A stretch of 64,000 bases of DNA, from the NCBI GenBank assembly GCA_964291395.2, contig OZ219858.1:96001-160000 (forward strand). Reading direction: 5' to 3'. This document shows positions 10,380-20,680 of this stretch, in pieces. The position numbers and the translations under genes were made by a program. Positions within the stretch are counted from its first letter, which is position 1. Every line of letters begins with the position of its first letter. Below the pieces are notes generated by a model that was given only the letters and a program-made list of their open reading frames with translations, was not told where the DNA came from and ran no database searches. Source of the stretch: Alphaproteobacteria bacterium (GTDB lineage Bacteria > Pseudomonadota > Alphaproteobacteria > UBA2966).

Positions 10380-11912
10380 CTAGGTCTCTTCCAAGCGCAG
10401 GGCCACGAACCGCAGGTCATCGGACCGCTGCACCAACAGCAATACCGATTTGCGATTCGAGTCCTTGGCCTCCTTGACCTTGTCGAGGACCTGGCTGGGT
10501 GAAGAGACCTCCTCCTGGGCGACCTCCACGATGATGTCCCCAGCCTGAATCCCCTTTTCGGCTGCGGCAGATTCGCCGTCGACCTCGGTGATGACGACCC
10601 CTTTGACCTCCCCGCCGATTTCAAACCTATCGCGAAGATCTCTGGTGATGGAGGACAGGGTCATGCCGAGCGCCTCAATGGAACCCGAGGCCCCGCCACC
10701 CGAGTCGCCGGACGTCAGAGCCGCGACCTCATCCTCCTTCAACTCGCCGATCTTGACGCTCAGGGTGATCTTCCCGCCCTTCCGCCAAACCTCGACGTCG
10801 ACAGCCTTGCCGATTTCGGTCTCCGCGACGATTCGCGGCAAGACACGAACACGGGGCACATCCTTGCCATCGAATTTGAGAATGACGTCACCCGCTTCGA
10901 ATCCCGCGACGGCGGCGGGCCCGGGATCGAAGACGCTGGCGACCAATGCACCACGGGGCTCATCGAGAGCAAGACTCTCGGCGATCTCGTCGGTCACCGG
11001 CTGGATGCGGACACCGAGCCAACCGCGGCGGGTCTTGCCGAACTCACGAAGCTGTTGGATGACCGGTTTCGCCAGGTTGGCCGCGATGGCGAATCCGATT
11101 CCCACGCTGCCGCCGGAGGGCGAGAAGATGGCTGTATTCACCCCGATCACCTCGCCATCCATATTGAACAGGGGACCACCCGAATTACCGCGGTTGATCG
11201 ACGCGTCCGTCTGGATGAAATCGTCATACGGTCCCGCATTGATGTTGCGCGAACGGGCCGAAATGATGCCGGCGGTCACCGAGCCGCCCAATCCGAACGG
11301 ATTGCCAATGGCCATCACCCAGTCGCCGACCCGGGACTTGTCCGAATCGCCAAGCTTGACGAAGGGAAGATCTCCATCCCCCTCTTCCTTCTCCACCTGA
11401 AGGACAGCGAGGTCGGTCTTGGCATCCCGCCCCAACAGTTTCGCGGTGCGACGCTTCTCGTCGCTAAAGATGACGGTGATTTCGTCGGCCTCCGCGATGA
11501 CATGATTGTTGGTGACGATGACACCACTCGGATCCACCAAGAATCCGGAGCCGAGGGACGACACCCGACGCGTCGGACGGCTGTCGCCCCGATCGTCGTC
11601 CCCGGGACGCTGGCGTTCGAAGAAGTCCTTGAAAAACTCCTCGAACGGAGAGCCGGGCGGGAACTGCGGGATCGGAACCTCGCCGCGGCGACCGCTCACT
11701 TTCTGTGTCGTCGAGATGTTGACCACCGCCTGGGTCAGTTCCTGCGCCAAATCGGCGAACGTCTCAGGCGCGGTACGGGCAAAGGCTGCAGTCGACCAAA
11801 CCACCGAGGTCGCAAGGACCGCGATCCCCAGGCGTCGCCTCAACATACCGGTCCGCGGCCGGTGTTGCAGAGAAGCGCGGATTTGCGAAGTTGAAATCGA
11901 GTCCCTGATCAA
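10380..11912 (-). CDS. degP: Periplasmic serine protease Do (DegP/DegQ) with two PDZ domains
   Basis: SLGSGF, TNNHVI, TDLAVL, IGNPFGL, QTDASINRGNSGGP; signal-like N-terminus; start uncertain. Confidence 0.93.
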   Translation of the reverse strand: MIRDSISTSQIRASLQHRPRTGMLRRRLGIAVLATSVVWSTAAFARTAPETFADLAQELTQAVVNISTTQKVSGRRGEVPIPQFPPGSPFEEFFKDFFERQRPGDDDRGDSRPTRRVSSLGSGFLVDPSGVIVTNNHVIAEADEITVIFSDEKRRTAKLLGRDAKTDLAVLQVEKEEGDGDLPFVKLGDSDKSRVGDWVMAIGNPFGLGGSVTAGIISARSRNINAGPYDDFIQTDASINRGNSGGPLFNMDGEVIGVNTAIFSPSGGSVGIGFAIAANLAKPVIQQLREFGKTRRGWLGVRIQPVTDEIAESLALDEPRGALVASVFDPGPAAVAGFEAGDVILKFDGKDVPRVRVLPRIVAETEIGKAVDVEVWRKGGKITLSVKIGELKEDEVAALTSGDSGGGASGSIEALGMTLSSITRDLRDRFEIGGEVKGVVITEVDGESAAAEKGIQAGDIIVEVAQEEVSSPSQVLDKVKEAKDSNRKSVLLLVQRSDDLRFVALRLEET

Positions 11913-12078
11913 TGTTCGTGTCCTTCTCGCCGCGCCGCCGACATTCCGGCGGCACCAGATTGCTGACCAGCGCTCCAGACGTATGGGTTACGGAGCTCCG
12001 AATCAAGTGCCTCGGCAGCCCGGCACGAAGCGCTCACCGGCCTGATAGAAAGGACCAAATATGGATTCAACTTGGCCG

Positions 12079-12107
12079 AAATCGGACCCTCAGTCGGTCA
12101 ATTCAAG
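12079..12107 (-). promoter_or_regulatory. Possible RpoH (sigma32)-type promoter upstream of degP
   Basis: Minus strand CTTGAA-N16-CCGATTT resembles the alphaproteobacterial RpoH consensus CTTGAA-N15/16-CCTATAT. Confidence 0.3.
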
Positions 12108-12128
12108 GCCATTTTGCGGCACATTTTG

Positions 12129-12314
12129 CTAGCTCTTGAGCAGCCAGACAACTCCAAACCCGGCGACGGCCAAGCATAGCCCCGCGCCTCGGAGAAGGCC
12201 GTTCGACTGCTCGAGGGCCGCGGCCATCATCCGCTTCATGCCGTCCGGAAACAACGCATAAAGCGCCCCTTCGATGACCATTACCAATCCCAGGGCCAGT
12301 CCGAGCTCGTACAC
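12129..12314 (-). CDS. DUF2065 (YjeT-like) small membrane protein
   Basis: ALGLVMVIEGALYALFP..LR.AGL; usual position after hflC. Confidence 0.9.
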   Translation of the reverse strand: MYELGLALGLVMVIEGALYALFPDGMKRMMAAALEQSNGLLRGAGLCLAVAGFGVVWLLKS

Positions 12315-12382
12315 GATTTCGTGACCAACCGGCCGTTTCTTTCCGCCGGGCGTCGGTCCCTCAAATCCACGGATACGCCGGA

Positions 12383-13273
12383 CTACCGCGTGCCGAACTG
12401 ACCGCCTTCGCCCAGCATGCTGCCGAAGTACCGAAAAAAGTCGGAGTCGGGCGAGAGCACCATGGTCGTGTCCTCGCCACCCAACGACCCGCGATAGGCC
12501 TGCATGGACCGGTAGAAAGTGAAAAAGTCGATGTCGGTGCCGAAGGCCTCGGCGAATATCCGTACGGCGTTGCCGTCGCCTTCGCCCCGCAAGATCTGCG
12601 CCTGCTTTTGCGCTTCGGCCAACAGGACCGTCTTTTCACGATCCGCCCGTGAGCGGATACGCTGGGAAATCTCGGCGCCCTGTGCTCGGAATTCCCGCGC
12701 CTCCCTCTCCCGCTCCGTCTTCATCCGCGCATAGATCGCCTGGTTGTTCGCCTCGGGCAGATCGGCGCGCTTGATGCGCACGTCGGCGACGCTGATTCCC
12801 AGGTCCTTGGCTTCGGCATTCACCCGCTGAGCGATCTGCGCCATCAGTTGCGCGCGTTCTCCGGTCAAAACCGATTGCAACGGCACCGTACCGATAACCT
12901 GACGCAGGCTGGACGTCAGAAGGGCGTTCAGGCGTTGGCGGGCGACGAGCTCATTGCCCACCGTTTGATAGAACCGCAACGGATCGTCGATGCGGTAGCG
13001 GAGGAAGGAGTCGACCACCAGACGCTTGCGGTCCGAGGCAATGACTTCTTCACCCCCGCCGTCGTAGCTAAGCATCCGCTTGTCCAGGAACACGATGTTC
13101 TGGATGAACGGCAATTTGGCGTGCAGGCCGGCTTCCTTGACCACGCGCTTGGGCTCGCCGAACTGCAGGACGAGGGCCTGCTGCGTCTGATGGATCGTGA
13201 ACAGCGCGCTGAACGCGATGATCCCCGCGACCAGCACGACGATGCCCAGAATGGCGAGCGTCCGACGGTTCAT
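12383..13273 (-). CDS. hflC: FtsH protease modulator HflC
   Basis: N-terminal TM, QALVLQFGEP, DVRIKRADLP, RM..ERER.A, FYRSMQAY. Confidence 0.96.
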   Translation of the reverse strand: MNRRTLAILGIVVLVAGIIAFSALFTIHQTQQALVLQFGEPKRVVKEAGLHAKLPFIQNIVFLDKRMLSYDGGGEEVIASDRKRLVVDSFLRYRIDDPLRFYQTVGNELVARQRLNALLTSSLRQVIGTVPLQSVLTGERAQLMAQIAQRVNAEAKDLGISVADVRIKRADLPEANNQAIYARMKTEREREAREFRAQGAEISQRIRSRADREKTVLLAEAQKQAQILRGEGDGNAVRIFAEAFGTDIDFFTFYRSMQAYRGSLGGEDTTMVLSPDSDFFRYFGSMLGEGGQFGTR

Positions 13274-14373
13274 TGGGTTTCTCCCGTGCGCTTCTGAAGT
13301 TCGGGCAGCGGCAGGTACGGAACCACCCCACTGCCCGAGTTCTTGTCGATGACGATCTTGTTGATGCCGCCCAGCACCTCTTCCATGGTCTCGAGATAGA
13401 TCCGCCGCGTCGTGACGTCCTTGGCGCGGGCGAATTCCTTGTAAACGGCCAGGAACCGGTTGGCGTCACCCTCCGCGCGCGCCACGACCTCCTGGCGGTA
13501 GCCCTCCGCCTCCTGAAGCAGTTGCTCCGCCTCGCCGCGGGCGCGGGGAAGAATGTCGTTGGCGTAGGCTTCGGCCTCGTTCCTCTGCCGCTCGAGATCG
13601 GCCCGTGCCCGCTGGACGTCGCGGAAGGCGTCGATCACGGCCGAAGGTGGATCGACCTTCTGCAGCCTCGCCTGCTGGATCAGGATGCCGGCTTCGTAGG
13701 AATCGAGAATCTCCTGGGTGAGCTCGCGGACGGAGTTCTCGATCGCTTCCTTGTCCTGTGCCAGGGCATCGCCGATCGGCTTGTTGCCGATGACCTCGCG
13801 CATGGCGCTTTCCGCCGCCGCCTTCGCCGTCTCCTCGGGATTCTGCACGTTGAACAGGAACTGCCCGGCGTCCTTGATGACCCAGAACATCGCGAAGTCG
13901 ATGTCGACGATGTTCTCGTCACCGGTCAGCATCAGGCTTTCTTCTGGGACGTCGCGCGTGGTCTGCGCCCGTTCGAATTCCCCGGCGCTACGGTACCCCA
14001 CTTGGATCTGGTTGACCCTTGTGACCTTCGGTGTATCCACCGATTCGATCGGTACCGGAAGATGGTAGTTGAGACCCGGCTGCGTGGTTGCAACCCACTC
14101 TCCGAACCGCAGAACGACACCCTGCTCATCCGGTTGTACGCGATAAAACCCACTGGCGGCCCACACCGCGACCACGATCAGCAAGATCAGGGCCAACCCG
14201 CGGCCGCCTCCGCGGCCGCCAGGCAGCATACCCCGAAATCGATCCTGACCCTTACGCAGAAGGTCTTCGAGATTGGGAGGCTGAGGTCCACGGGGACCTT
14301 GTCCCCACGGTCCACCGCCGCCGCCGCCGCCACCGCCGCCCTGCCAGCCGCCGCCTTGGTTCTTCCATGGCAT
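13270..14373 (-). CDS. hflK: FtsH protease modulator HflK
   Basis: MPW..Gly-rich..PWG, TM helix, MLTGDENIVD, AESAMREVIG, AFRDVQ.A, RIYLETME; start moved to ATG 14373. Confidence 0.96.
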   Translation of the reverse strand: MPWKNQGGGWQGGGGGGGGGGPWGQGPRGPQPPNLEDLLRKGQDRFRGMLPGGRGGGRGLALILLIVVAVWAASGFYRVQPDEQGVVLRFGEWVATTQPGLNYHLPVPIESVDTPKVTRVNQIQVGYRSAGEFERAQTTRDVPEESLMLTGDENIVDIDFAMFWVIKDAGQFLFNVQNPEETAKAAAESAMREVIGNKPIGDALAQDKEAIENSVRELTQEILDSYEAGILIQQARLQKVDPPSAVIDAFRDVQRARADLERQRNEAEAYANDILPRARGEAEQLLQEAEGYRQEVVARAEGDANRFLAVYKEFARAKDVTTRRIYLETMEEVLGGINKIVIDKNSGSGVVPYLPLPELQKRTGETQ

Positions 14374-14553
14374 GCCGTCAACTCCAGTTTCGGATTCGAA
14401 TGAAACCCAATTGCAGGAAATTTTGCATTCAGCGCCGCTCGCGGTTATATGACAGCTTGCCCGGACGCGCAATGAACCGTACGCCTCGCGGTCACCACAA
14501 GCGAGCGTGCTCCTTTATGCGCCGCGCCGAACACGAAAGGCAAGCTCTCCACC

Positions 14554-15675
14554 ATGGCAACGGTCACCGAACAGGACGTCCTGGAGGCGCTCGCGGAAGT
14601 CACCGATCCGGACCGGCGGCTGGATGTCGTCAGTCTCGGGATGATCGAAGGCGTTCAGGTCAAGGACGGGCACGTCGCCTTCGCCGTCCAGGTCCCGCCC
14701 GAGGAAGGCCCGGCCAAGGAGCCGGTTCGCAAGGCCTGCGAGAAGGCCGTCTATGGCGTGCCCGGCGTGCTTTCGGTAGCCGCCGTCCTGACCGCACACC
14801 GTCCTGCCGCACCGTCCGCCCCGGCTGCCGCCCCGTCCCGGGACACTTCGAACACCGTTGCCAAGCCGGGAATTCCCGGCGTCAAATCCATCGTCGCCGT
14901 GGCATCGGGAAAGGGCGGGGTGGGCAAATCTACCGTGGCGGTCAATCTGGCCCTCGGCCTGGCGACCGAGGGCATGCGCGTGGGCATCCTCGACTGCGAT
15001 ATCTACGGCCCTTCGATCCCCCGCATGATGGGAATCAGCGGGCGACCGGTATCTCCCGACGGCAAGCGACTGATGCCCATGGCAAATCATGGGCTCGTTT
15101 GCATGTCGATGGGGTTCCTGGTCGAAGAGGACACCCCCATGATCTGGCGGGGTCCCATGGTCATGAGCGCTCTTGAACAGCTCATGCGTGACGTGGAATG
15201 GGGTACGCTCGACGTCATGGTCTGTGACCTTCCGCCGGGAACGGGAGATGCGCAGTTGACGATGGCGCAACGCGTGCCGTTGACCGGTGCGGTGATCGTT
15301 TCGACGCCTCAGGACGTGGCGTTGGCTGACGTCCGAAAGGCCTACGCCATGTTCGAAAAAGTGGACGTCCCGGTCTTCGGGTTCATCGAGAATATGAGCT
15401 ACTTCCAGTGCCCCCACTGCGGCGACAGGACGGAGATATTCGGACACGGCGGCGCCAGACAGGAGGCCGAACGACTCGGCGTCGATTTCCTTGGCGAAAT
15501 TCCACTGGTACCCCAAATCAGGGAAACGTCCGACTCGGGGACGCCCGTAATCGCGATCGACCCTTCCGGAACGGAGGCAACCATCTTTGAAGACATCGCC
15601 GGACGCGTTGCCGTCAGAATCGAGCAAGCCCTCGCCGCAGCCGAGGCATCCGCTCCGAGGATCGTGATCCAGTGA
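14554..15675 (+). CDS. apbC: Mrp/ApbC/NBP35 iron-sulfur cluster carrier ATPase
   Basis: N-terminal DUF59, SGKGGVGKST, DIYGPS, WRGPM, DLPPGTGD, ENMS..CPHC. Confidence 0.95.
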   Translation: MATVTEQDVLEALAEVTDPDRRLDVVSLGMIEGVQVKDGHVAFAVQVPPEEGPAKEPVRKACEKAVYGVPGVLSVAAVLTAHRPAAPSAPAAAPSRDTSNTVAKPGIPGVKSIVAVASGKGGVGKSTVAVNLALGLATEGMRVGILDCDIYGPSIPRMMGISGRPVSPDGKRLMPMANHGLVCMSMGFLVEEDTPMIWRGPMVMSALEQLMRDVEWGTLDVMVCDLPPGTGDAQLTMAQRVPLTGAVIVSTPQDVALADVRKAYAMFEKVDVPVFGFIENMSYFQCPHCGDRTEIFGHGGARQEAERLGVDFLGEIPLVPQIRETSDSGTPVIAIDPSGTEATIFEDIAGRVAVRIEQALAAAEASAPRIVIQ

Positions 15676-15731
15676 GCCGAGAACGGTCGCGCCGACGGTT
15701 GCGCACTCTCCGTGAGAATGCCCCTCGCGTG

Positions 15732-16670
15732 TCAGGCTTCGCGGCCGAGCGTATCCATGAGCTCTCGCCACTCGCGGCCCGACAATCCGCTTTCCTCCTG
15801 CGTGACGGTCTCCCCGTCGATCATGCGCTTCACCACCTCCAGGCTCTGCGATGAGAGGTTGACGCCCTCCATCTCGTACTTGGAAAATGCCTCGAATGTC
15901 AGAGGCACCCAACGCTCCAGCGTGTCGAGCATCACGTTGGCGTAGGCACGTATCTCGTATTGGGCGTGCTCGTCCGCACGCAGGCTCAGGAAGTGCATGA
16001 AATTGTGAAGATCGATCTTCCAATACCACTGCGTGTAGAAGTTGAGTGAGAGGTTCATGCGCGCCAGTTCCCGCGCGAGACCGTCACGTCCCTCGTCGAT
16101 AACAGTCCCCTCTTCGTTCTCGTTCAGCATTTCGGTGTAGTCCGCGTAGGCCTGCGCTGCGTCGCGCATGAGCAGCTCGTATACCCGGTCCGCCTCCACG
16201 CCGCTGATGACGTTGCCCCGGCCCTGGCGATTGGAAGCCGACTGCGCCGCGAGGTGTTCCCGCGCCGGCAGATAAAATTCATTATCGAGAATCGAATAGC
16301 GGGCGGAGTACTCGTTGACGTTTGCGGTCCGGTGACGGATCCACTGCCGCGCCACGAAAATCGGAAGCTTCACGTGGTACTTGATCTCGCACATTTCGAA
16401 CGGCGTGGTATGCCGGTGGCGCAGGAGGTAATTGATGAGACCCGCGTCGGAACGAAGCGTTCTCGTGCCTTTGCCGTAGGAGACGCGCGCCGCCTGGACG
16501 ATGGCGGAATCATTGCCCATGTAGTCGATGACCCGCACGAACCCGTGATCGAGCACCGGGAGAGCCTCGTAGAGGATTTCCTCGAGACGGGGCGACACGA
16601 CGCGCCGCGTTTCATGCACCTCGGTCCGTTGGGCCTCGATCTCCTCCTGTTGCTCGGGACTGAGCGGCAT
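15732..16670 (-). CDS. thyX: FAD-dependent thymidylate synthase
   Basis: AARVSY, HTTPFE, RHR-X7-S ([14 protein letters not shown]), RELAR, HFLSLR..HAQYEIR. Confidence 0.96.
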   Translation of the reverse strand: MPLSPEQQEEIEAQRTEVHETRRVVSPRLEEILYEALPVLDHGFVRVIDYMGNDSAIVQAARVSYGKGTRTLRSDAGLINYLLRHRHTTPFEMCEIKYHVKLPIFVARQWIRHRTANVNEYSARYSILDNEFYLPAREHLAAQSASNRQGRGNVISGVEADRVYELLMRDAAQAYADYTEMLNENEEGTVIDEGRDGLARELARMNLSLNFYTQWYWKIDLHNFMHFLSLRADEHAQYEIRAYANVMLDTLERWVPLTFEAFSKYEMEGVNLSSQSLEVVKRMIDGETVTQEESGLSGREWRELMDTLGREA

Positions 16671-16922
16671 GACGTCTCTTGTTCCTGGCTCACCAGCCGC
16701 CGCACTTTAATGTCCGCCTGTGTCCATGACCACACCCGGCGCACCCTGGGTGCCCTTCTCGCCTCGCTCGCCTTCGCATGAACTGGCAGATAATTCCGCA
16801 ACCACAGGACCTTACGTCCCAAACCGTCCCGCGCCGCCGCGCGGCTTCCCCGTAGAAACGCCGCCGCGGCTGCTTCCTGCATTACCGCCCGGTCGCGCGG
16901 CCCAAACGAGGAGCCGCAAGCC

Positions 16923-17171
16923 ATGAGCGACAATCCGAAGTCCACCTTCGCCCGGCGCAGGCGCGCCGCCCGCCCCCGCGGCAAGCGCCATGAAGTGCGT
17001 GACGACGCGGTGCCGGGGCTGATGCTCCGGGTCGGCAAGCTGCTCGGCCACCGGCGCCACCGCGCAACGGCGGGCTACGCCCACCTTGCCGATGCGCACC
17101 TGGTCGAAGCGGCGGAGAATCCGTCGCGTCGCCTTCCCGGCGGGTCGGAGCGATCATCGCCACCGCGATGA
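16923..17171 (+). pseudogene. Internally deleted tyrosine recombinase/integrase
   Basis: SD GAGGAG plus ATG; arm-binding-type N-terminus (HEVRDDAVPGLMLRV) fused in frame to the catalytic C-terminus VGKLLGH..TAGYAHL; core domain absent. Confidence 0.8.
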
Positions 17172-17252
17172 CGAGTCAACGCCCGCAACCGGTAACGCAT
17201 CGACAATAGCACCGCAGCGCTCCGGGTCGCGGAGCACGTCGAAAGCGCGCAT
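17154..17252 (-). pseudogene. Truncated ArsR-family regulator stub
   Basis: ATG overlaps the SRPBCC stop (TGATG); MRAFDVLRDPER resembles ArsR N-termini (AFDVL.DP.R); similarity ends there and no HTH follows. Confidence 0.55.
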
Positions 17253-17896
17253 CAATCCGGCGCGATCGTGTCGCCCGTGTAAAAGGCTGCCGTACGCTGC
17301 GCCGCTGCGCGCGCAACGTCGGGGTTCGTTCCCGCTGCCTCGGCCGCCCGGCCCCACGCCGCGCTACTGCCGACGATGAGCGCCTTTCCGTCACGGGTCG
17401 TGTGGAACGTCGCCGCGTCCAACTTGGGTTCGTTCGGCCGCGCGCCAAGATGCAGTTCCATCCCCAGCAAGCCCATCTCCCAGCCGACGCCGACGGCACC
17501 GGGACCGAACGTGCGCCAGTGGTCCGACACCAGCGCGGTATGCGCAATCGCAAGGCGCGAGCGGCCGGTACCATCGCTGCACAGGCGCGCCTCCACCCAA
17601 CTCACGTCACCGCCGAACTCCCACGTCAGCCCGAGTTGCGAGGGACGCTCGCAGCGCTTGATCGTCCCGCCTGCGTTTCCCTCCAGTTGGTAGCGGCCGC
17701 CGGGTTCGAGGCGGCCGCTGACTGGCAGGAACCAGCGTGGGATTCGTTCCGTGCTCGTCACGGCGTCCCAGAGGTCCTCCACCGTCGTCGCGTAGCTGCG
17801 GGCGAGGGTGACCGCGCGCGCGGGCTGTCCGTCGCGCTCCAGGGACGACACCGTGCGCTCCACGGCGCCGAGGAGGCGTTCGACATCCAGGTCCAT
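17252..17896 (-). CDS. SRPBCC / AHSA1 (START-like) domain protein
   Basis: RSY..VEDLWDAVT..RIPRWFLPVSG, CERP..L.LTW, GPGAVGVGWE; SD GGAGAAG before ATG 17896 (ORF track extends it to 18263). Confidence 0.9.
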   Translation of the reverse strand: MDLDVERLLGAVERTVSSLERDGQPARAVTLARSYATTVEDLWDAVTSTERIPRWFLPVSGRLEPGGRYQLEGNAGGTIKRCERPSQLGLTWEFGGDVSWVEARLCSDGTGRSRLAIAHTALVSDHWRTFGPGAVGVGWEMGLLGMELHLGARPNEPKLDAATFHTTRDGKALIVGSSAAWGRAAEAAGTNPDVARAAAQRTAAFYTGDTIAPD

Positions 17897-18448
17897 GGCT
17901 TCTCCGTTTCGTCAAGCAGGCGATTATCCAAATGCTTGCCGCTGCGTACAGCAAATCGAGCCGCGTGGACGATGGCCCGGACCGCCCACAAGGTCGCAGA
18001 CCGTCCGACAACAGCAAGTCGGAAGCCCGCCCAATGGCGACGACACGCCTCGCCGGGCTCCGGCAGGCTTTCACGGCACGAGTCGGTGATGTAATTTCAT
18101 CCGCCGACACTTCGTCCGCGGCGTATGGAGTGCTCTCGTCGCCCCCTCTGGCATCGCGTTCGGCACGACCGCACTTCGCGCCCGAGACGACGACTCCGGC
18201 GGCTGTCATGCCGTCCCGCATGTCGCTGGCAGATGATCTGTCCGGTCGGTTTTCGTAGCACACCGATTGGCCGCTTCTGTTGAGGTTGCCGGGCCTGTGG
18301 GGAAGTGGTCAGGCATGAAACGAAAATCACCGATATCCGATTTATTCGCACATTTTGGTCGGCGAAATCGAAGCACAACTTGAGCGAGGCTTCGTTCAGC
18401 GGGTTTGACCGCAGGATGACCAGCGGAATCTTGGAACCCGAGTCATCT

Positions 18449-19378
18449 TCAACTTTTCCGGAGCGATGCCTGAGCCTCCATGAACTCGTGGCCGAACTCG
18501 TGAGCGATGTCGATGAACCCTGCCGTCAAGGCTGAGTCGTCGTCCGACCGGCAGGAAACGCCGCATTCAATATTCAGCTCTGACGCCGGATCCTTGAGCG
18601 GGACATAGACCGCACCGGGAGGCGAGAACCGTCCCACGGAAGCGGGACATAGAGTTACGCCCAGGCCCGCCGAGACCTGACTCACGGCGTTGTGGATGCG
18701 ATCAACCTGCCGTACGTCCTTGGGAAGGAACCCGGCCTGCTGACAGGCGTAAAGGATACGTGCCCGATTGCCGGTCTCCTGGCGTGAGGGAAGCAGCAGG
18801 AACGTCTCGTCTCTCAAGTCCTGAAGGTCGATTTCCGTCTGCCCGGCCAGTGGGTGGTCGTCGGGCAGAACGGCGATCAAGTGCTCCCGCAGGATCACTT
18901 CCCGGCGGATACCCGGCCTCGCAATCGTCGGCACGTGAAACAGAGCCACGTCAATACGCCTCTGCAACAGTGCGCCTTCGCGCTCCGACGTGCTCAACTC
19001 CTCGAGCCCGACGCTCACGCCCGGAAAGCGATCCCGAAACCGGCGCATGATCCGAGGAAGGATCTCGTAGCTCGCCGCTGGATTGAAACCGACGGAGATG
19101 TGGCCATGCATGCCGCGGGCGATCCCTTGCGTGACATCCATCGCTTCGGAAAGTTGAGACAGGACCAGACGCGCACGGTCGAGAAAGACCACACCCGCTT
19201 TGGTCAATTCGACGGATCGCCGTGACCGTCTTAGCAGTTGCGTACCAAGCTCATCCTCCAGCTGCCGAACCGAATCGCTCAGCGGCGGCTGCGACATGTT
19301 GAGCCGGGCGGCGGCCTTCCGGAAATTGAGCTCTTCCGCGACGGCAATGAACCGTTCGAGGTGTGGGATATTCGGCAT
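18449..19378 (-). CDS. LysR-family transcriptional regulator
   Basis: FIAVAEELNFRKAAARLNMSQPPLS..LEDELG..L.R..R.VELT.AG HTH plus substrate-binding domain. Confidence 0.95.
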   Translation of the reverse strand: MPNIPHLERFIAVAEELNFRKAAARLNMSQPPLSDSVRQLEDELGTQLLRRSRRSVELTKAGVVFLDRARLVLSQLSEAMDVTQGIARGMHGHISVGFNPAASYEILPRIMRRFRDRFPGVSVGLEELSTSEREGALLQRRIDVALFHVPTIARPGIRREVILREHLIAVLPDDHPLAGQTEIDLQDLRDETFLLLPSRQETGNRARILYACQQAGFLPKDVRQVDRIHNAVSQVSAGLGVTLCPASVGRFSPPGAVYVPLKDPASELNIECGVSCRSDDDSALTAGFIDIAHEFGHEFMEAQASLRKS

Positions 19379-19431
19379 GATCCTCTCCCCATCACCGGCA
19401 CCGCGGTGAAGACCAAGAGCATACCATCCTA

Positions 19432-19498
19432 TGATAGGTAATTCCGATCAGTGATTTCTGATAATTGGAATATCCTATCACTCTTCATCTACGATAGG
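19432..19498. promoter_or_regulatory. Probable LysR operator region in the divergent promoter
   Basis: AT-rich stretch with dyad TGATAGG-N5-CCGATCA (19432-19450) and further TGATA/TATCA and CCTATC/GATAGG half-sites. Confidence 0.5.
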
Positions 19499-19631
19499 GT
19501 CCGCAGCAAAGGGTTAATGACTGCGCAACTTCCCCATCGTGCAGGTGGAGCCGATTGTGTCGCGGCGGGAGGGCCGGATCAATTCCAGTGTCCAAGACGA
19601 CATTTCCTGAAAATCTTCAAGGGAGGCGAAT

Positions 19632-20651
19632 ATGAAATTCTTAGCGAGGAGAAACTTGCTCGCGGCCGGTGCGGCAAGCGTCATGCTGGCAGCCGTCTCG
19701 GCAGCACCCGCCAAGGCGGAGGTCGACGTGGTCAATCTCAGCCAGCAGTTCGGACTGCTCTACGTGCCACTGCATGTCGTGCTCGAGCACAAACTCATCG
19801 AAAAGAACGCCAAGGCACTCGGCCTGACGCCGCCCGAAATCAAGCTGTTCAAGATCAGCGGTGCGGCCAACAACACCAAAGCGCTCCTTTCCAAAACGGT
19901 CGATTTCGCCTCGATCGGCATCGGCGGGGTGATCAAGCTCTGGGCCAAATCGGACGGTGCGTTCAAAGTGGCGCGCGGCATCGCCGATATGCCTTTGAAG
20001 CTCATCACCAACGACCCCAAGATCCAGAAGATCGAAGATTATCTGACGATCGAGGATCACAAGATCGCGACGCCGGCCGCCAAGGTGTCGGTCCAGGCCG
20101 TGGTTTTGCAGATCTACACCGAGAAGCTGTGGGGCGATCCCGTCAAGCTCGACCATCTCGTCGTGTCGATGAAGCATCCCACCGCGTATGCCGCGATCGT
20201 CTCGGGCGGGCAGTCGGTGAAGAGCCACTTCGCCACGCTGCCTTATTCCTACCAGGAACTGCAGAGCGGCAAGGCGCGCACGATCGTCACGTCCTACGAC
20301 ATCATGGGTGGCCAGCACTCGGTGCTGCTGATGATGGCGGGCCAGGAGTTCAAGGACAAGAATCCGAAGACCTACAGGGCGGTCACCGCGGCGTTTGACG
20401 AAGCATTGGCCTGGGTGAACGCCAATCCGCTGGAGGCGGCCGAGCTCTACATCAAGTACACCAAGACCAAGCTCGACCCGGAATTGGTGAAGGCGATGCT
20501 GACGGACAAGAATGAGGTCGCGTTTGACGCCACACCCAAGCACACGATGGTTTTCGCAAACTTCCTGCACAAGATCGGTGATCTTCCCAAAAAGCCGAAC
20601 AGCTGGAAGGACTTCTACTTCGAGGACAACCACCACCTGAACGGCAGCTGA
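19632..20651 (+). CDS. ABC transporter substrate-binding protein, NitT/TauT (SsuA-like) family
   Basis: SD GGGAGG; Tat-like RRNLL signal ending AKA; QFGLLY.P, HP.A..A, HFAT.P..YQEL, KPNSWKD.YF. Confidence 0.85.
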   Translation: MKFLARRNLLAAGAASVMLAAVSAAPAKAEVDVVNLSQQFGLLYVPLHVVLEHKLIEKNAKALGLTPPEIKLFKISGAANNTKALLSKTVDFASIGIGGVIKLWAKSDGAFKVARGIADMPLKLITNDPKIQKIEDYLTIEDHKIATPAAKVSVQAVVLQIYTEKLWGDPVKLDHLVVSMKHPTAYAAIVSGGQSVKSHFATLPYSYQELQSGKARTIVTSYDIMGGQHSVLLMMAGQEFKDKNPKTYRAVTAAFDEALAWVNANPLEAAELYIKYTKTKLDPELVKAMLTDKNEVAFDATPKHTMVFANFLHKIGDLPKKPNSWKDFYFEDNHHLNGS

Positions 20652-20680
20652 CGGTGTCGGCTGACAACGATTTGACGTCG

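Noticed and set aside
14313-14355. GCC repeat run in hflK
   Set aside because: Encodes the usual Gly-rich HflK N-terminus.
16734-16742. ACCCGGCGC, identical to tmRNA T-arm/acceptor bases 22179-22187, as a possible att remnant
   Set aside because: Only 9 GC-rich bases with no flanking similarity; compatible with chance unless an empty site confirms it.
17897-18448. Short ORFs between the SRPBCC and LysR genes
   Set aside because: No SD or family motif; looks like intergenic or eroded DNA.
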